From positions 1 through 64,000 of the forward strand of contig CAWJKT010000008.1 in NCBI GenBank assembly GCA_963843375.1: DNA of 64,000 nucleotides, given 5' to 3'. A program made the translations under genes and the position numbers. Source of the DNA: an uncultured Pseudomonadota bacterium (GTDB lineage Bacteria > Oederibacteriota > Muellerivitia > Muellerivitales > Muellerivitaceae). The first letter of the stretch is position 1, and every line of letters begins with the position of its first letter. A model generated the notes under the pieces. That model was given only the letters and a program-made list of their open reading frames with translations. It had not been told where the DNA came from and made no database searches. Shown here piece by piece: positions 39,965 to 49,441 of this stretch.

Positions 39965-42058
39965 TTATTGATTCGAGGGATGGTAAGACCCTTGTTTCTT
40001 TAAAAAATCCAATCCTCTCCTTGCTTCCGCATGATCTGGTTGAAGTTCCAAAACCTTTTCGAACAATTTACCCGCCTGAGCGTAATTCCCCGTTTGTAAG
40101 GCCACGACCGCCCAATTGAAATAAGCTATGGTGTATTGGGGGTTGAGCTTAGTAGCCTTTTCAAACCAACTCAAAGAATCACTCATCCGGCCCACGTGGT
40201 AACAGGCATTTCCCAGGTTATAGGCATATTGAGGGTTTTCAGGGGCCCATTGTTCCGCCCATTGGAAACTTTCCAAAGATTTCTGGTAATCCTTTTGGAT
40301 AGTTATCAAGTCGTTGGCTTTGGAATGGGTTGTGAGCTGAGCCTTGGCATCATCCCCCATATCTTCGTAAAAGGTACCTAGACTGTTTCGGAAAACGCCG
40401 TAATCCTTATAAATAAAGTCGCGTGTTTGGTCATCCATGGCAAAACCAGGTTCTTTCATATGTCTCAAACGCAAAACGTTCCAAACATAATCGGCGCGGG
40501 CCTCGTCCAGAACCGGCTTTTCGTCTGGCAAGAAACCCTTACCGGTCACCCCATAGAAAACCATCTGGGTTCCCGCCAAGGACCCGTCCTCGATCTTGTT
40601 GTAGCTGAAATAAAGCTCCCGATCTCGATTATTATCCACCATCCATTTCGCAAGGGAAGGGATAGCTTCCTTGCCCAGGGGCCGATTGGTACGGGGCACT
40701 TTTAAGCCCGGATGGGATAGAAAAAGGGTTTGCCGCACCCACTCCATCGGAAGGCCGTCAATACCCACTACCGCGACATCCGTGCGTCGATGTTCTACCC
40801 ATTGAAAATACCATGCGGGAAAAACGATCGTGTCGCCCTTGCAAAAATAAAGGGCGTCGCGTGGGAGGGCTTTGAATCCATTCAAAACGGAATCGTAGGA
40901 ATAAGTGTAATCGGTCTGCCTTTCACGGGAGAAATGGTAAGCGGCTAAACCGACCAGCCACAAAAGAACGACTCCAAAAACTATTTTCTCAGCCTTTGTT
41001 TTCCATTCCCCATTCAAAATCGACAATCCGGTTTCCAGACCCCAGGCTGAAAACAAGAGAATAAATAAGTGTGTCGTAATTACATATTCCCTGATAAGGA
41101 AAAACCATTCCTCGGGAAGATTCATATAAATTCCTAAAATTAAAATGAGGGAAAACCACAAGGCGGCCAAACCCGCTACCCAGGATTTCCGAGGTGACCT
41201 TCGTTGGAGGATCAAAATTCCCACCAGGGCCAGCAAAAGCATCCCCCCGAATTCCCAGAAGGCCGTTAGAAAGTAAATCCACCATTGTTGGAACCAAACC
41301 GTTGGGCCCCCTCCCGCTTCCGGGGAGAGGTATTGGCTTCTCATAAAATCATAAACAAAATTATGCCACGTGACAGGATTACCCCAATTCAGGATCGGAT
41401 TTTGAAGCGCCCTCAAGGGGAGCAAAAGATAGAATGAAAGACCCAAAAACATCGCGGCAATCGCCTGAACGCACGAACTTCTCTCGTATTTTTTTTCATT
41501 CCAACTGAAATAAAAGAAAATTCCAAATCCAGGAAGGAACGCCACCATCGTCATCCAGTGATTTGCCAAAGAAAGCCCCAAAAGAAAACCTACTAAAAAA
41601 AGACGCCTTTCAAAGAAAGCCCAAAGGATCACCAGGACGAAAAGGGCGGTCAATTGATAAATGCCCGTCTTGGCGCTCAAGGCGGCCGGGAAGGTCGTGG
41701 CTCCTACCAGCCAAAATAGGGAAAAGAGGGCGGCTATCCGGTTCGAGACGTGGAACTTTTGTCTTAAAAATCCATAGAGCACAAGGCTGACCAGCATTGC
41801 CAGCGAGGCGGAAAAGAGGTTCACCCGAAAGGGGTAATGGGCCAGAGGCAACCAAGAAAAAAGATACCCGACCAGAGTGAACAAGGGATAACCCGGTGGG
41901 TGGGGAATTCCAAAAGTCACGCAGGCCGTGACGGTTTCTGGGCTGTCATCCGCATAGAATGTGGGGTTTAAACCCGCTAGGGCGAAAGAAAAAGTCAGAA
42001 AAGCCACAAGAAAGGGGGTTAGCCGCTCCCAGCGGTGGATGGGTGGAGGGTTGTCCAT
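39965..42058 (-). CDS. DUF2723 GT-C membrane protein with C-terminal TPRs (TMEM260-like)
   Basis: DDSPE...GIPHPPGYPLF, LSLANH, LPLRA...NWGNP, GDTIVFPAWYFQWVEHRRTDV; TPRs (YAYNLGNACY, AYFNWAVV). Confidence 0.85.
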   Translation of the reverse strand: MDNPPPIHRWERLTPFLVAFLTFSFALAGLNPTFYADDSPETVTACVTFGIPHPPGYPLFTLVGYLFSWLPLAHYPFRVNLFSASLAMLVSLVLYGFLRQKFHVSNRIAALFSLFWLVGATTFPAALSAKTGIYQLTALFVLVILWAFFERRLFLVGFLLGLSLANHWMTMVAFLPGFGIFFYFSWNEKKYERSSCVQAIAAMFLGLSFYLLLPLRALQNPILNWGNPVTWHNFVYDFMRSQYLSPEAGGGPTVWFQQWWIYFLTAFWEFGGMLLLALVGILILQRRSPRKSWVAGLAALWFSLILILGIYMNLPEEWFFLIREYVITTHLFILLFSAWGLETGLSILNGEWKTKAEKIVFGVVLLWLVGLAAYHFSRERQTDYTYSYDSVLNGFKALPRDALYFCKGDTIVFPAWYFQWVEHRRTDVAVVGIDGLPMEWVRQTLFLSHPGLKVPRTNRPLGKEAIPSLAKWMVDNNRDRELYFSYNKIEDGSLAGTQMVFYGVTGKGFLPDEKPVLDEARADYVWNVLRLRHMKEPGFAMDDQTRDFIYKDYGVFRNSLGTFYEDMGDDAKAQLTTHSKANDLITIQKDYQKSLESFQWAEQWAPENPQYAYNLGNACYHVGRMSDSLSWFEKATKLNPQYTIAYFNWAVVALQTGNYAQAGKLFEKVLELQPDHAEARRGLDFLKKQGSYHPSNQ

Positions 42059-42176
42059 ACGCAGAGTATTTTAGCCGGGGATGAATTATTGCGGAGCTTT
42101 AATTTTAGGGTCTAACCTTTGATAATTTCGACAACACTTAAAAGGTTTTTTCTTGATTCACCGAATTTCGTTTTAA

Positions 42177-42332
42177 TTATTTATTACGGCGATTATCGGA
42201 CCGACGGTCCCCTTTTCGCGGAGCCCCTGGACGCTTGCCGATCAATCGACCCGGAAAGCGACGGTCACCCGGTTTCCGTCGTTCAGCTTTTCTTTTATTT
42301 ATAATTGATTTTGGTTTTCTGTTTTTTAACAT
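42177..42332 (-). CDS. Small Arg/Lys-rich protein (51 aa) with ERR/DRR repeats
   Basis: Manual translation MLKNRKPKSIINKRKAERRKPGDRRFPGRLIGKRPGAPRKGDRRSDNRRNK; ATG 18 nt after ptsI stop, preceded by GGGGGTG; below ORF-track cutoff. Confidence 0.55.
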   Translation of the reverse strand: MLKNRKPKSIINKRKAERRKPGDRRFPGRLIGKRPGAPRKGDRRSDNRRNK

Positions 42333-42350
42333 TCCAGGCCACCCCCACTT

Positions 42351-44100
42351 TCAAAACAAAATCGCCCTCAATTCGGACGGCACGCTGTCTCGGATCAACT
42401 TCAGCACTTCCTCGGAGGTCTTCATTTTCAGAGCGGCTTTAGCAATTTCTTTAGATTTCTCGAAAGGCATCATCCGGATAACCTTTTTGATTTCTGGAAT
42501 GACAGATACGCTCACTGAAAACTCGTCTAATCCCATCCCCAATAGAAGAGGAACAAATTGTGGATCACCGGCCATTTCCCCGCACATGCCAACCCACTTT
42601 CCGGCATTATGGCAGGCATCCACCGTCATTTGGACCAATCGCAGAATGGCGGGATTAAGAGGGTCGTAAAGATAAGCAACCGACTCGTTCACCCGGTCCA
42701 CTGCAAGAGTGTATTGAATGAGGTCGTTGGTGCCAATAGAAAGGAAATCCAGTTCCTGGATCAGGATGTCTGCCACTACTGCCGCCGAGGGGATCTCGAT
42801 CATGGCTCCCACCTCAATACCGGAACGGAAAATCTGACCTTCTCTCTTCAACTGTTGGATGCATTGGTTCAGGAGTACTTTTGATTCCCGAATTTCGGCC
42901 AGGGTAGAAATCATCGGAAACATAACCTTAATGGGTCCGTGGGCTGCCGCCTTAAGAATCGCACGAAGTTGGGCTTTAAAAATGTCCGGGCGTTTCAGGC
43001 AAAGCCTTATGGCCCTTAAGCCTAGGAATGGATTGCTTTCATTGAAGGCGTTGAGGTGGGATAAAAACTTGTCTCCGCCCAAGTCTAATGTCCGGATGAT
43101 TGCCGGACTGACCCCCGTTTTAGTAGCCAGTTCCTTATAGGCTAGGTACTGTTCCTCTTCCGTCGGGATTTCTTCCCGGTTCAGGAACAGGAATTCGGTT
43201 CGGAATAGGCCAATCCCTTCCGCACCGTGTTTGAAGATTTCATCTAGTTCCTGAGGTATTTCGATATTGGCCGCAAGGGTCACCTGATGACCATCCGGGG
43301 TCATTGCGGGAAGGCTCCGCAATTCTTCCAAGCTCTTCTGAAAAGCCTCGTAACTATCTTTGAGCCGTTGGTACTGTTTGAGAGTGGGAGGCAAAGGATT
43401 CACGACCACCAGTCCTTTGTTACCATCCACAATAATCATGTCCCCATCTTGCACTTCGGCGGTAAGGGTTTGCATGCCCAGTACTGCCGGAAGCCCCAAG
43501 GAACGGGCGACGATTGCCACGTGGGAGGTCCTACCACCCACATCCGTACAGAAGCCCTTGACGGTCCCGGTTTGCATGCTGACCGTATCGGAAGGAGCCA
43601 GGTCATTGGCGATGACAATAACTTCCCGATCCAATTTTTTAAGTTGGTCTTTCTCCACGCCGGTCAGGTTCTGGACAAGGCGGTTGCCTACGTCTTGGAT
43701 ATCCCCGCCCCTTTCCCGGAAATAACTGTCGTCTAGTGACGCCATAACGGTTTTGAACTTTTCCAAAGCCTCGTAAAGTAGGAATTCGGCGTTTAAACGT
43801 CGGGTCTCGTATGGATTGAGGGATTTCTTCCATAAAAAGAGGGTCATCTAGGACTACTTGGTGGGCCTGGAATATCGCGGCGTGTTCTTCCCCTAATTTC
43901 GCCTTCATCTTTTCTTCAAGTTGGGAAATTTGAGCACGAGTTTTCTTCAGCGATAGCTGGTAACGATCCAATTCGTCTTTGATCTCCTCGGCCCTTAAAT
44001 TCCGCCGAGGCGCAGAAAGACCCTGAGGATGGTAAAGAAAAGCCGGGCCGATGGCGATGCCGCCGGAAGCCGGAATTCCGTTATATATTTTCTCAGCCAC
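42351..44100 (-). CDS. ptsI: PTS enzyme I (PEP-protein phosphotransferase), split by a frameshift near 43805
   Basis: GIPASGGIAIG and IFQAHQVVLDDP in 43639-44100; RLNAE, GGRTSHVAIVARS (phospho-His), GIGLFRTEFL, RTLDLGGDK, SIGTNDLIQY, MCGEMAGDP in 42351-43847. Confidence 0.93.
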
Positions 44101-44103
44101 TTT

Positions 44104-44376
44104 TTACTCTTTTTCCCCGAATTTATTAGCGAACAATAATTTTAAGGCCATCAGCGCTTCCTTCGCGTCTTCCCCTTCGGCCACAAATTCCAGTTCGGTC
44201 CCCTTGGCGGCGGCCAAGGTCATCAGACCCATCAAGCTTTTAGCGTTTACGTTTTGAATGCCGTGATTAATGAATATTTGGCTCTTAAACTTGTTGGATA
44301 TTTTTACCAACTCTGCCGCAGCCCTTAAATGAAGCCCTAGCTTATTGACGATGGGCAATTTCTCTGAAACTTTCAT
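44104..44376 (-). CDS. ptsH: Phosphocarrier protein HPr
   Basis: NKLGLHLRAA (His15), NAKSLMGLM (Ser46). Confidence 0.93.
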   Translation of the reverse strand: MKVSEKLPIVNKLGLHLRAAAELVKISNKFKSQIFINHGIQNVNAKSLMGLMTLAAAKGTELEFVAEGEDAKEALMALKLLFANKFGEKE

Positions 44377-44493
44377 TTGACTCCCCCTTGTTACTTCTTT
44401 GTCAACAACCCGGGAAAATAACCGTTAACACCATTTCCATAAAATCCAGATTATCGAAATGGTTATTTGAAAAATAAATTTCTCTTAGTTTTT

Positions 44494-45345
44494 TCATTGT
44501 CCGCCGCCCGTTGGAAGACCCGGTGGCACGCTTAATGTTGGCCAAAAAGCCAGCATAAGTGCGAATAAAACAGCCGCATAAAACATCTGGCTGGGGCTGA
44601 TCTTGCGGTGCAATGCAAAAGTAAAAAGCCCCACGATCGCCGAAAAAAAAGTCAGTTTCAGAATGAACAACCCCACTTCTTTTTCCAGTACAGATAAATT
44701 GACGAAAACAATCAAAACCCCCAAAAGCAAGATAGAAGCCAGCTTCAAACCTCTAATGGCTTCCTGAAAACCGTACTTCCGAAGGGTTAGCACCACCTGG
44801 TCACTCTGGCGATACCCTTGAAGAAATCCCATCAGTCGAATGCCCACATGGACGATATTAAAAACCGCAAGGAACAGAAGAGGGATAATCCAATATTGCC
44901 CCCTAATCTGAAAAGCGTGGGATAAAACCAAAGTCACCGCAATCAGCCCGCAATAGGGGCGAATGGTGGCCCAAAAGAGGTTGTCTCCCATAGCCGCGAT
45001 AGGGCCCATCATTCCGACTTTAAGCGCGCTGATTTCGTCCTCTTTTTGTTTTTGTTTACTTTTGGGCTGTTGCTGTTTCTCCTCTTCCATCCGAAGAATT
45101 GCGCCGAGCACGAAAGAAGCCATGTAAGGGTGAGTATTGAAATACTCCATATGACGGGTCATAGCCTGAGCCCTTTCCTCGCGGGAGGTGTAAATTTTTT
45201 TTAAGACCGGCAAAAGGACAAAAGTAACGCCATAACTTGTGTATCGCTCAAAATTCCAAACTACCTGAAGAAAGAAGAGCCTCCAAAAACAATGGGCCAA
45301 GTCAAGAACAGTAACCCGGACCGCAGGTCTCTCGTCTGGATTCAC
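44494..45345 (-). CDS. PTS mannose/fructose/sorbose family EIID
   Basis: WNFER, RHMEYFNTHP, KVGMMGPIAAMGDNLFW. Confidence 0.92.
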   Translation of the reverse strand: MNPDERPAVRVTVLDLAHCFWRLFFLQVVWNFERYTSYGVTFVLLPVLKKIYTSREERAQAMTRHMEYFNTHPYMASFVLGAILRMEEEKQQQPKSKQKQKEDEISALKVGMMGPIAAMGDNLFWATIRPYCGLIAVTLVLSHAFQIRGQYWIIPLLFLAVFNIVHVGIRLMGFLQGYRQSDQVVLTLRKYGFQEAIRGLKLASILLLGVLIVFVNLSVLEKEVGLFILKLTFFSAIVGLFTFALHRKISPSQMFYAAVLFALMLAFWPTLSVPPGLPTGGGQ

Positions 45346-46121
45346 GCGGGTTCTCCTTTCCCCACGTAAAACAAAGTGAGAATAAATCCCGCGAAGAGGG
45401 CAATGGCTACTAAGTAAACCCCCGGTAAAGGCGATAAAACCGCAAGGGTCATCATGGACATGATGGACAGGATCAAATAAATGGCGTTCTTTTTTTCAAC
45501 CAGAAGATCGATGACCGCCGAGCACCCCAAAGCAAGCAAAAGCCAATGAGCATAGTAAAAACCTTCGATCACTTTGCCGTTCAATAGGCCGCCTAGGAGG
45601 ATGTAAAATGCGGCGCTGAAATGTGCAATCGTCAAACAAATCGCAGTCACGACGAACCCCTTCAATAACTGCTCAATTAATACCAAAAAATTAATCCACT
45701 CAAAAGTTTTTAAATGGGAGCTGAGGGCCATCCGTTGCGCAAAATGGAGCCAACGAACATGGAACTTGCGCAAAGCCACTTCCGCCTCAGTGCTCAAAAC
45801 CGCCAGGGGAATGGCGATTCCCAAAGCGTAAGTCATGACGGCTTCGGGGTTTTGGCCCTTCACCAATTCACAGGCCAGAGCTACAGATGTACCTGTCAAC
45901 ATCATGAGATCCAGCGGCAAATGGGCGCCTACCGGCAAGTCGCCGATCCAAATGAGTTCGATCAAGGCCCCCATTTCCAATCCGATGTCTGCTCGGCCGA
46001 TAAGCCAGCCCACCAGGGGGCCGGTCACGATGGGTCGCGAAACCATAAATTGACCAACCGCCGTCTCATCTAAACTTAAAAAAGCCATCATGACGGAGAT
46101 GGATAACCAATGGTCCATCAT
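45342..46121 (-). CDS. PTS mannose/fructose/sorbose family EIIC
   Basis: QFMVSRPIVTGPLVG, GALIELIWIGDLPVGAHLP. Confidence 0.9.
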   Translation of the reverse strand: MMDHWLSISVMMAFLSLDETAVGQFMVSRPIVTGPLVGWLIGRADIGLEMGALIELIWIGDLPVGAHLPLDLMMLTGTSVALACELVKGQNPEAVMTYALGIAIPLAVLSTEAEVALRKFHVRWLHFAQRMALSSHLKTFEWINFLVLIEQLLKGFVVTAICLTIAHFSAAFYILLGGLLNGKVIEGFYYAHWLLLALGCSAVIDLLVEKKNAIYLILSIMSMMTLAVLSPLPGVYLVAIALFAGFILTLFYVGKGEPA

Positions 46122-48283
46122 TTCCCTTTTTTCTCCAACAATTGAGTGATGACCTTTATTTTAAAGGCCTCCTCGGGCTTAAGGGAGACTTCCCAACCCA
46201 ATAAAAGGCATGAACCTTGATAGACCCGCTCAAAGCCACCTTCAGATTGGGAAATGGTCTCAACCGGATAACGCCAAAATCTGGCCGGACGGCCGACCAT
46301 AAAGTTGATTTCCAATTCCAACCAACCGTCCCGCATTCCCATTTCAGTAACGCCCGTCTCCTCCCCGATACTGTTCAACTGGGGATGGAGGAGGTTCCTG
46401 TCTTTCACGAAATAATTCCGATTCGGAGAGTCTCCGGCCAGAAGGGTAAGGTTCCATTCCGCGAGAAAAAGGAAATTTTGACTATGAGGGCTTTTATTCT
46501 TCAGTTCATAAACTGTTTCAAGGTTGAAATCCCCAGCCTGGAACTCGAGATTTTTCACCAACTTTAACGGCAGCCCCCCAACATTTCCTTGGCGAGATAG
46601 AATCACTTGCGCCGGCTCCCCTTTTTTCTTGGGCGGTTGGACTTTCGATTCAAAAATGGCCTTACGGAAATCCCCTCGCTCTTCAAAATGATTGGTCATC
46701 ATCTGTTCCACCGTGGTTAAATCGGGAACAAAATGTTCGGTCAGGCTCACTCGCCGAAACGCATCATAAAAAAGCTTTTTCTCTAATCCCGGTTCTTTCA
46801 TGCGGACCATATCGTGGATGCTTGAAACCCCGCCATGGGATTGGTTTTGATTTGCCGCTGCCAGAAGCTTGGTATGGTAGGCCTCTTTGCGGCGGGTCAG
46901 GGTGTCGGAAAGGTTGATGGGTTTTTTCAAATAATCCAACTCAGTCAAGACTCCACCAACGGTTTCCAACAAAGCGTGATAACCCGAACTTTCCACAATG
47001 ATTTCATCACGTCCGTCTTTATTAAAGTCCACCTCTTGGACGCGGATTCCTGACCCAGGTGAAGGAAGCAGGGATTCGGCCAGTTTCTCCGCTTCGATAA
47101 GCTCCCTGTAGACTGCGAACCGTAAGTGGTTCAAGTAGAGGCCGCCAAAAACGCCATGCCAGTAAGGGCAATTGCATTCGCCCCGGTAGAGGGCCCGGAT
47201 GGCTTTATCTAAAACAACTTTTTGTTTGGGAGTGGCTTTTTTGGACAACCGCTCCCGGGCCTCCTCCACCTTGGCTGAGACCCATAAAAGCTTTTTGTGC
47301 ATATGGTTGCTCTCGGAATATTTGGTGAAAAAGTTCCGCCAAAATCCGCCTTTTAAATAACGCTCGTAGCGGGGAAGTTCCCCGCGGTCCCGAACCTCGT
47401 GGCGGATATTCTCGTACTCCTCCGCGGCGTCCGCAGGTAAGGCCCATTCCCCCATCTCGGTGTAGGAACCCGTGGGCAGGTTGAGGTTGCCCTTGGGGGC
47501 TTGTTGAAGAACATATTCGGAGAAAGTAGCCAGGGTCAACCAAGAGGAATTATCCTCAAGAGCGGTAAAGAATCTCTCCAGCCATCCTTCTTCATAAACC
47601 CATTTGTAGGTATCGGGCCACCCACCAAACTTTTCCCCGTCGTCCATCAATACCACGCAACGGTCTCCCTCTTCGGTGGCCAAAGATTGGAGATATTGAA
47701 GACTTTCTTCCACCGCCTTGAAAGGAACCATGTAACGCATTTTTTCGGAAATGGGAAAAACTCCCGTTGTTTCGCCCTGCTCATCCATGAGGTAATAACC
47801 AAAAGTGTCCTCTTCCTTTAATCCGACGGCTTTGAAATGAGCGTCGTCCATCACAATATATTTCACCCCGGCCTCCGCCAGGTTTTTAGTCAGATGGGGT
47901 TCCCAAACCCTCTCCGCTGTCCACATTCCTTTCGCCTCAACCTTAAAATGTTTCCTTAGGTAGTCGGTCAACATCCGGATTTGTCCCGCTTTATCCCTGT
48001 CCGGAAGAACCGCTAAGATGGGTTCATACATGCCCCCGGTAAAAAACTCGATCTGGCCACGATCGGCCATTTCTTTCAACATATTGAAATAGGATGTACG
48101 GTTTTGTTCCAGCCATTCCAAAAGGGGTCCGGTGATATGGAAAGTGCATTTCACCTTGGGATGCCGATGCAGGATCAGGAGAAAGGGTTCATAGGATTTC
48201 TTGAATAACTCTTCAAAAACCTGGCCAAAATTTCCAACCGGCTGATGGTTGTGAACTCCAAAAATAAATGTAATTTTCTTCAA
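46118..48283 (-). CDS. GH57 4-alpha-glucanotransferase/alpha-amylase (DUF1925/DUF1926 type)
   Basis: HNHQPVGNF, GGMYEPIL, WTAERVWEP (nucleophile), DDGEKFGGWP (acid/base), CNCPYWHGVFGGLY, SQSEGGFE. Confidence 0.92.
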   Translation of the reverse strand: MKKITFIFGVHNHQPVGNFGQVFEELFKKSYEPFLLILHRHPKVKCTFHITGPLLEWLEQNRTSYFNMLKEMADRGQIEFFTGGMYEPILAVLPDRDKAGQIRMLTDYLRKHFKVEAKGMWTAERVWEPHLTKNLAEAGVKYIVMDDAHFKAVGLKEEDTFGYYLMDEQGETTGVFPISEKMRYMVPFKAVEESLQYLQSLATEEGDRCVVLMDDGEKFGGWPDTYKWVYEEGWLERFFTALEDNSSWLTLATFSEYVLQQAPKGNLNLPTGSYTEMGEWALPADAAEEYENIRHEVRDRGELPRYERYLKGGFWRNFFTKYSESNHMHKKLLWVSAKVEEARERLSKKATPKQKVVLDKAIRALYRGECNCPYWHGVFGGLYLNHLRFAVYRELIEAEKLAESLLPSPGSGIRVQEVDFNKDGRDEIIVESSGYHALLETVGGVLTELDYLKKPINLSDTLTRRKEAYHTKLLAAANQNQSHGGVSSIHDMVRMKEPGLEKKLFYDAFRRVSLTEHFVPDLTTVEQMMTNHFEERGDFRKAIFESKVQPPKKKGEPAQVILSRQGNVGGLPLKLVKNLEFQAGDFNLETVYELKNKSPHSQNFLFLAEWNLTLLAGDSPNRNYFVKDRNLLHPQLNSIGEETGVTEMGMRDGWLELEINFMVGRPARFWRYPVETISQSEGGFERVYQGSCLLLGWEVSLKPEEAFKIKVITQLLEKKGK

Positions 48284-48293
48284 TTTTGACCTC

Positions 48294-48788
48294 TCACGAA
48301 CCGCTGGTTTTCAACTGATGAATGTATTTTTCCAGGGATTCCCTGATATCGCCTGGAACCGCTCTCAATTCCAGTTCAACTCCCAGCTTTCTTAATTCTT
48401 TAAAGGACTCGATATCGGCTTCATGAACGCAAACGGTTTTGCTGACTTGTTGTTTTCCCTCGCAAAAATGCATCCCACCGACATTTACCGTCGATAGAGC
48501 TCCACCCTTTTTGCCGAACTCCACCACATCTGAAGGATTGGAAAAAAGAAGAAGAGTACGTTCCTTGGATTCTCCAGCCCGGCAATTTCGGGCGGCCTCT
48601 TCAACGGTATAAAAGCTCACCTTCAAACCCGAGGGAACAGCCATCTCCATAAGGGTCTTTTGCATGGTATTTTTGGCGATGGCATCATTTACAACAACAA
48701 GACGCTCAATGTTCAAGGCTTTGACCCAACCCACAACGACTTGCCCATGAATCAGCCGATCATCAATTCGAATCAGTTGGATATCCAT
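48294..48788 (-). CDS. PTS mannose family EIIB
   Basis: RIDDRLIHGQVVVGW, VNVGGMH. Confidence 0.93.
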   Translation of the reverse strand: MDIQLIRIDDRLIHGQVVVGWVKALNIERLVVVNDAIAKNTMQKTLMEMAVPSGLKVSFYTVEEAARNCRAGESKERTLLLFSNPSDVVEFGKKGGALSTVNVGGMHFCEGKQQVSKTVCVHEADIESFKELRKLGVELELRAVPGDIRESLEKYIHQLKTSGS

Positions 48789-48808
48789 TCGACCTCTCGA
48801 AAACAGAA

Positions 48809-49219
48809 TTAGTTATTTTTTTTAAGGAGTTCTAGAGAAGTTACTATACTTTCCCGTGTCGAGCTCTGAATCTCCGGAACTAACCGATCCAGTTCGGCCT
48901 CATCCCGGTCCGAAACAACCTTGATCAACATGGGCAGATTCACCCCTGTTACAACTTGAAGCTTCCGGGTTTGGGCTAAGCGAACCGCCACATTAAAAGG
49001 CGTCCCACCCAGCATATCCACCAATACAAGAACCCCAGCCCCTTTTGGATCCACGATTTCCAAGGCTTTTTCAATTTTCGCTTGAAAAGATTCTATAGAA
49101 TCCTCCGAAACCAGATCGACCGCTATGATCGCATTTGTTTCACCCAAGATCATCTTCAGGGTGGAGAGAAGAGCGCGCCCAAATTCCCCATGGGTGGCCA
49201 AAATGACGCCGATCATCAA
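48809..49219 (-). CDS. PTS mannose family EIIA
   Basis: ILATHG, VDMLGGTPFN, VTGVNLPML. Confidence 0.93.
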   Translation of the reverse strand: MMIGVILATHGEFGRALLSTLKMILGETNAIIAVDLVSEDSIESFQAKIEKALEIVDPKGAGVLVLVDMLGGTPFNVAVRLAQTRKLQVVTGVNLPMLIKVVSDRDEAELDRLVPEIQSSTRESIVTSLELLKKNN

Positions 49220-49441
49220 GATTCTCCTTATAAAAGGATAAAAGGGATTTTTGTGTCCATTTCAATGGATTGCTGCTTCTTTTTTATCCAAGAGATTAAA
49301 AGGAACCAACCCTATTATCAACTTAATGTTCCCTTTCACGGTGGATATAACCGCGAAATCCCCAACCCTGAACATGAAAATCAAAGCAAATGCCTTGTTT
49401 TTAATCAGAATTGAGTTGGTCTGGGCGCGTTTAGATAATTT

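Noticed and set aside
42185..42295. GC-rich hairpin-forming patch as ncRNA or riboswitch
   Set aside because: No SRP, tRNA or riboswitch signature recognised; better explained by Arg/Gly/Pro codons of the 51-aa ORF
43639..44100. Separate small PTS gene or programmed frameshift in ptsI
   Set aside because: It is the N-terminus of enzyme I; no slippery sequence visible; an error is more parsimonious
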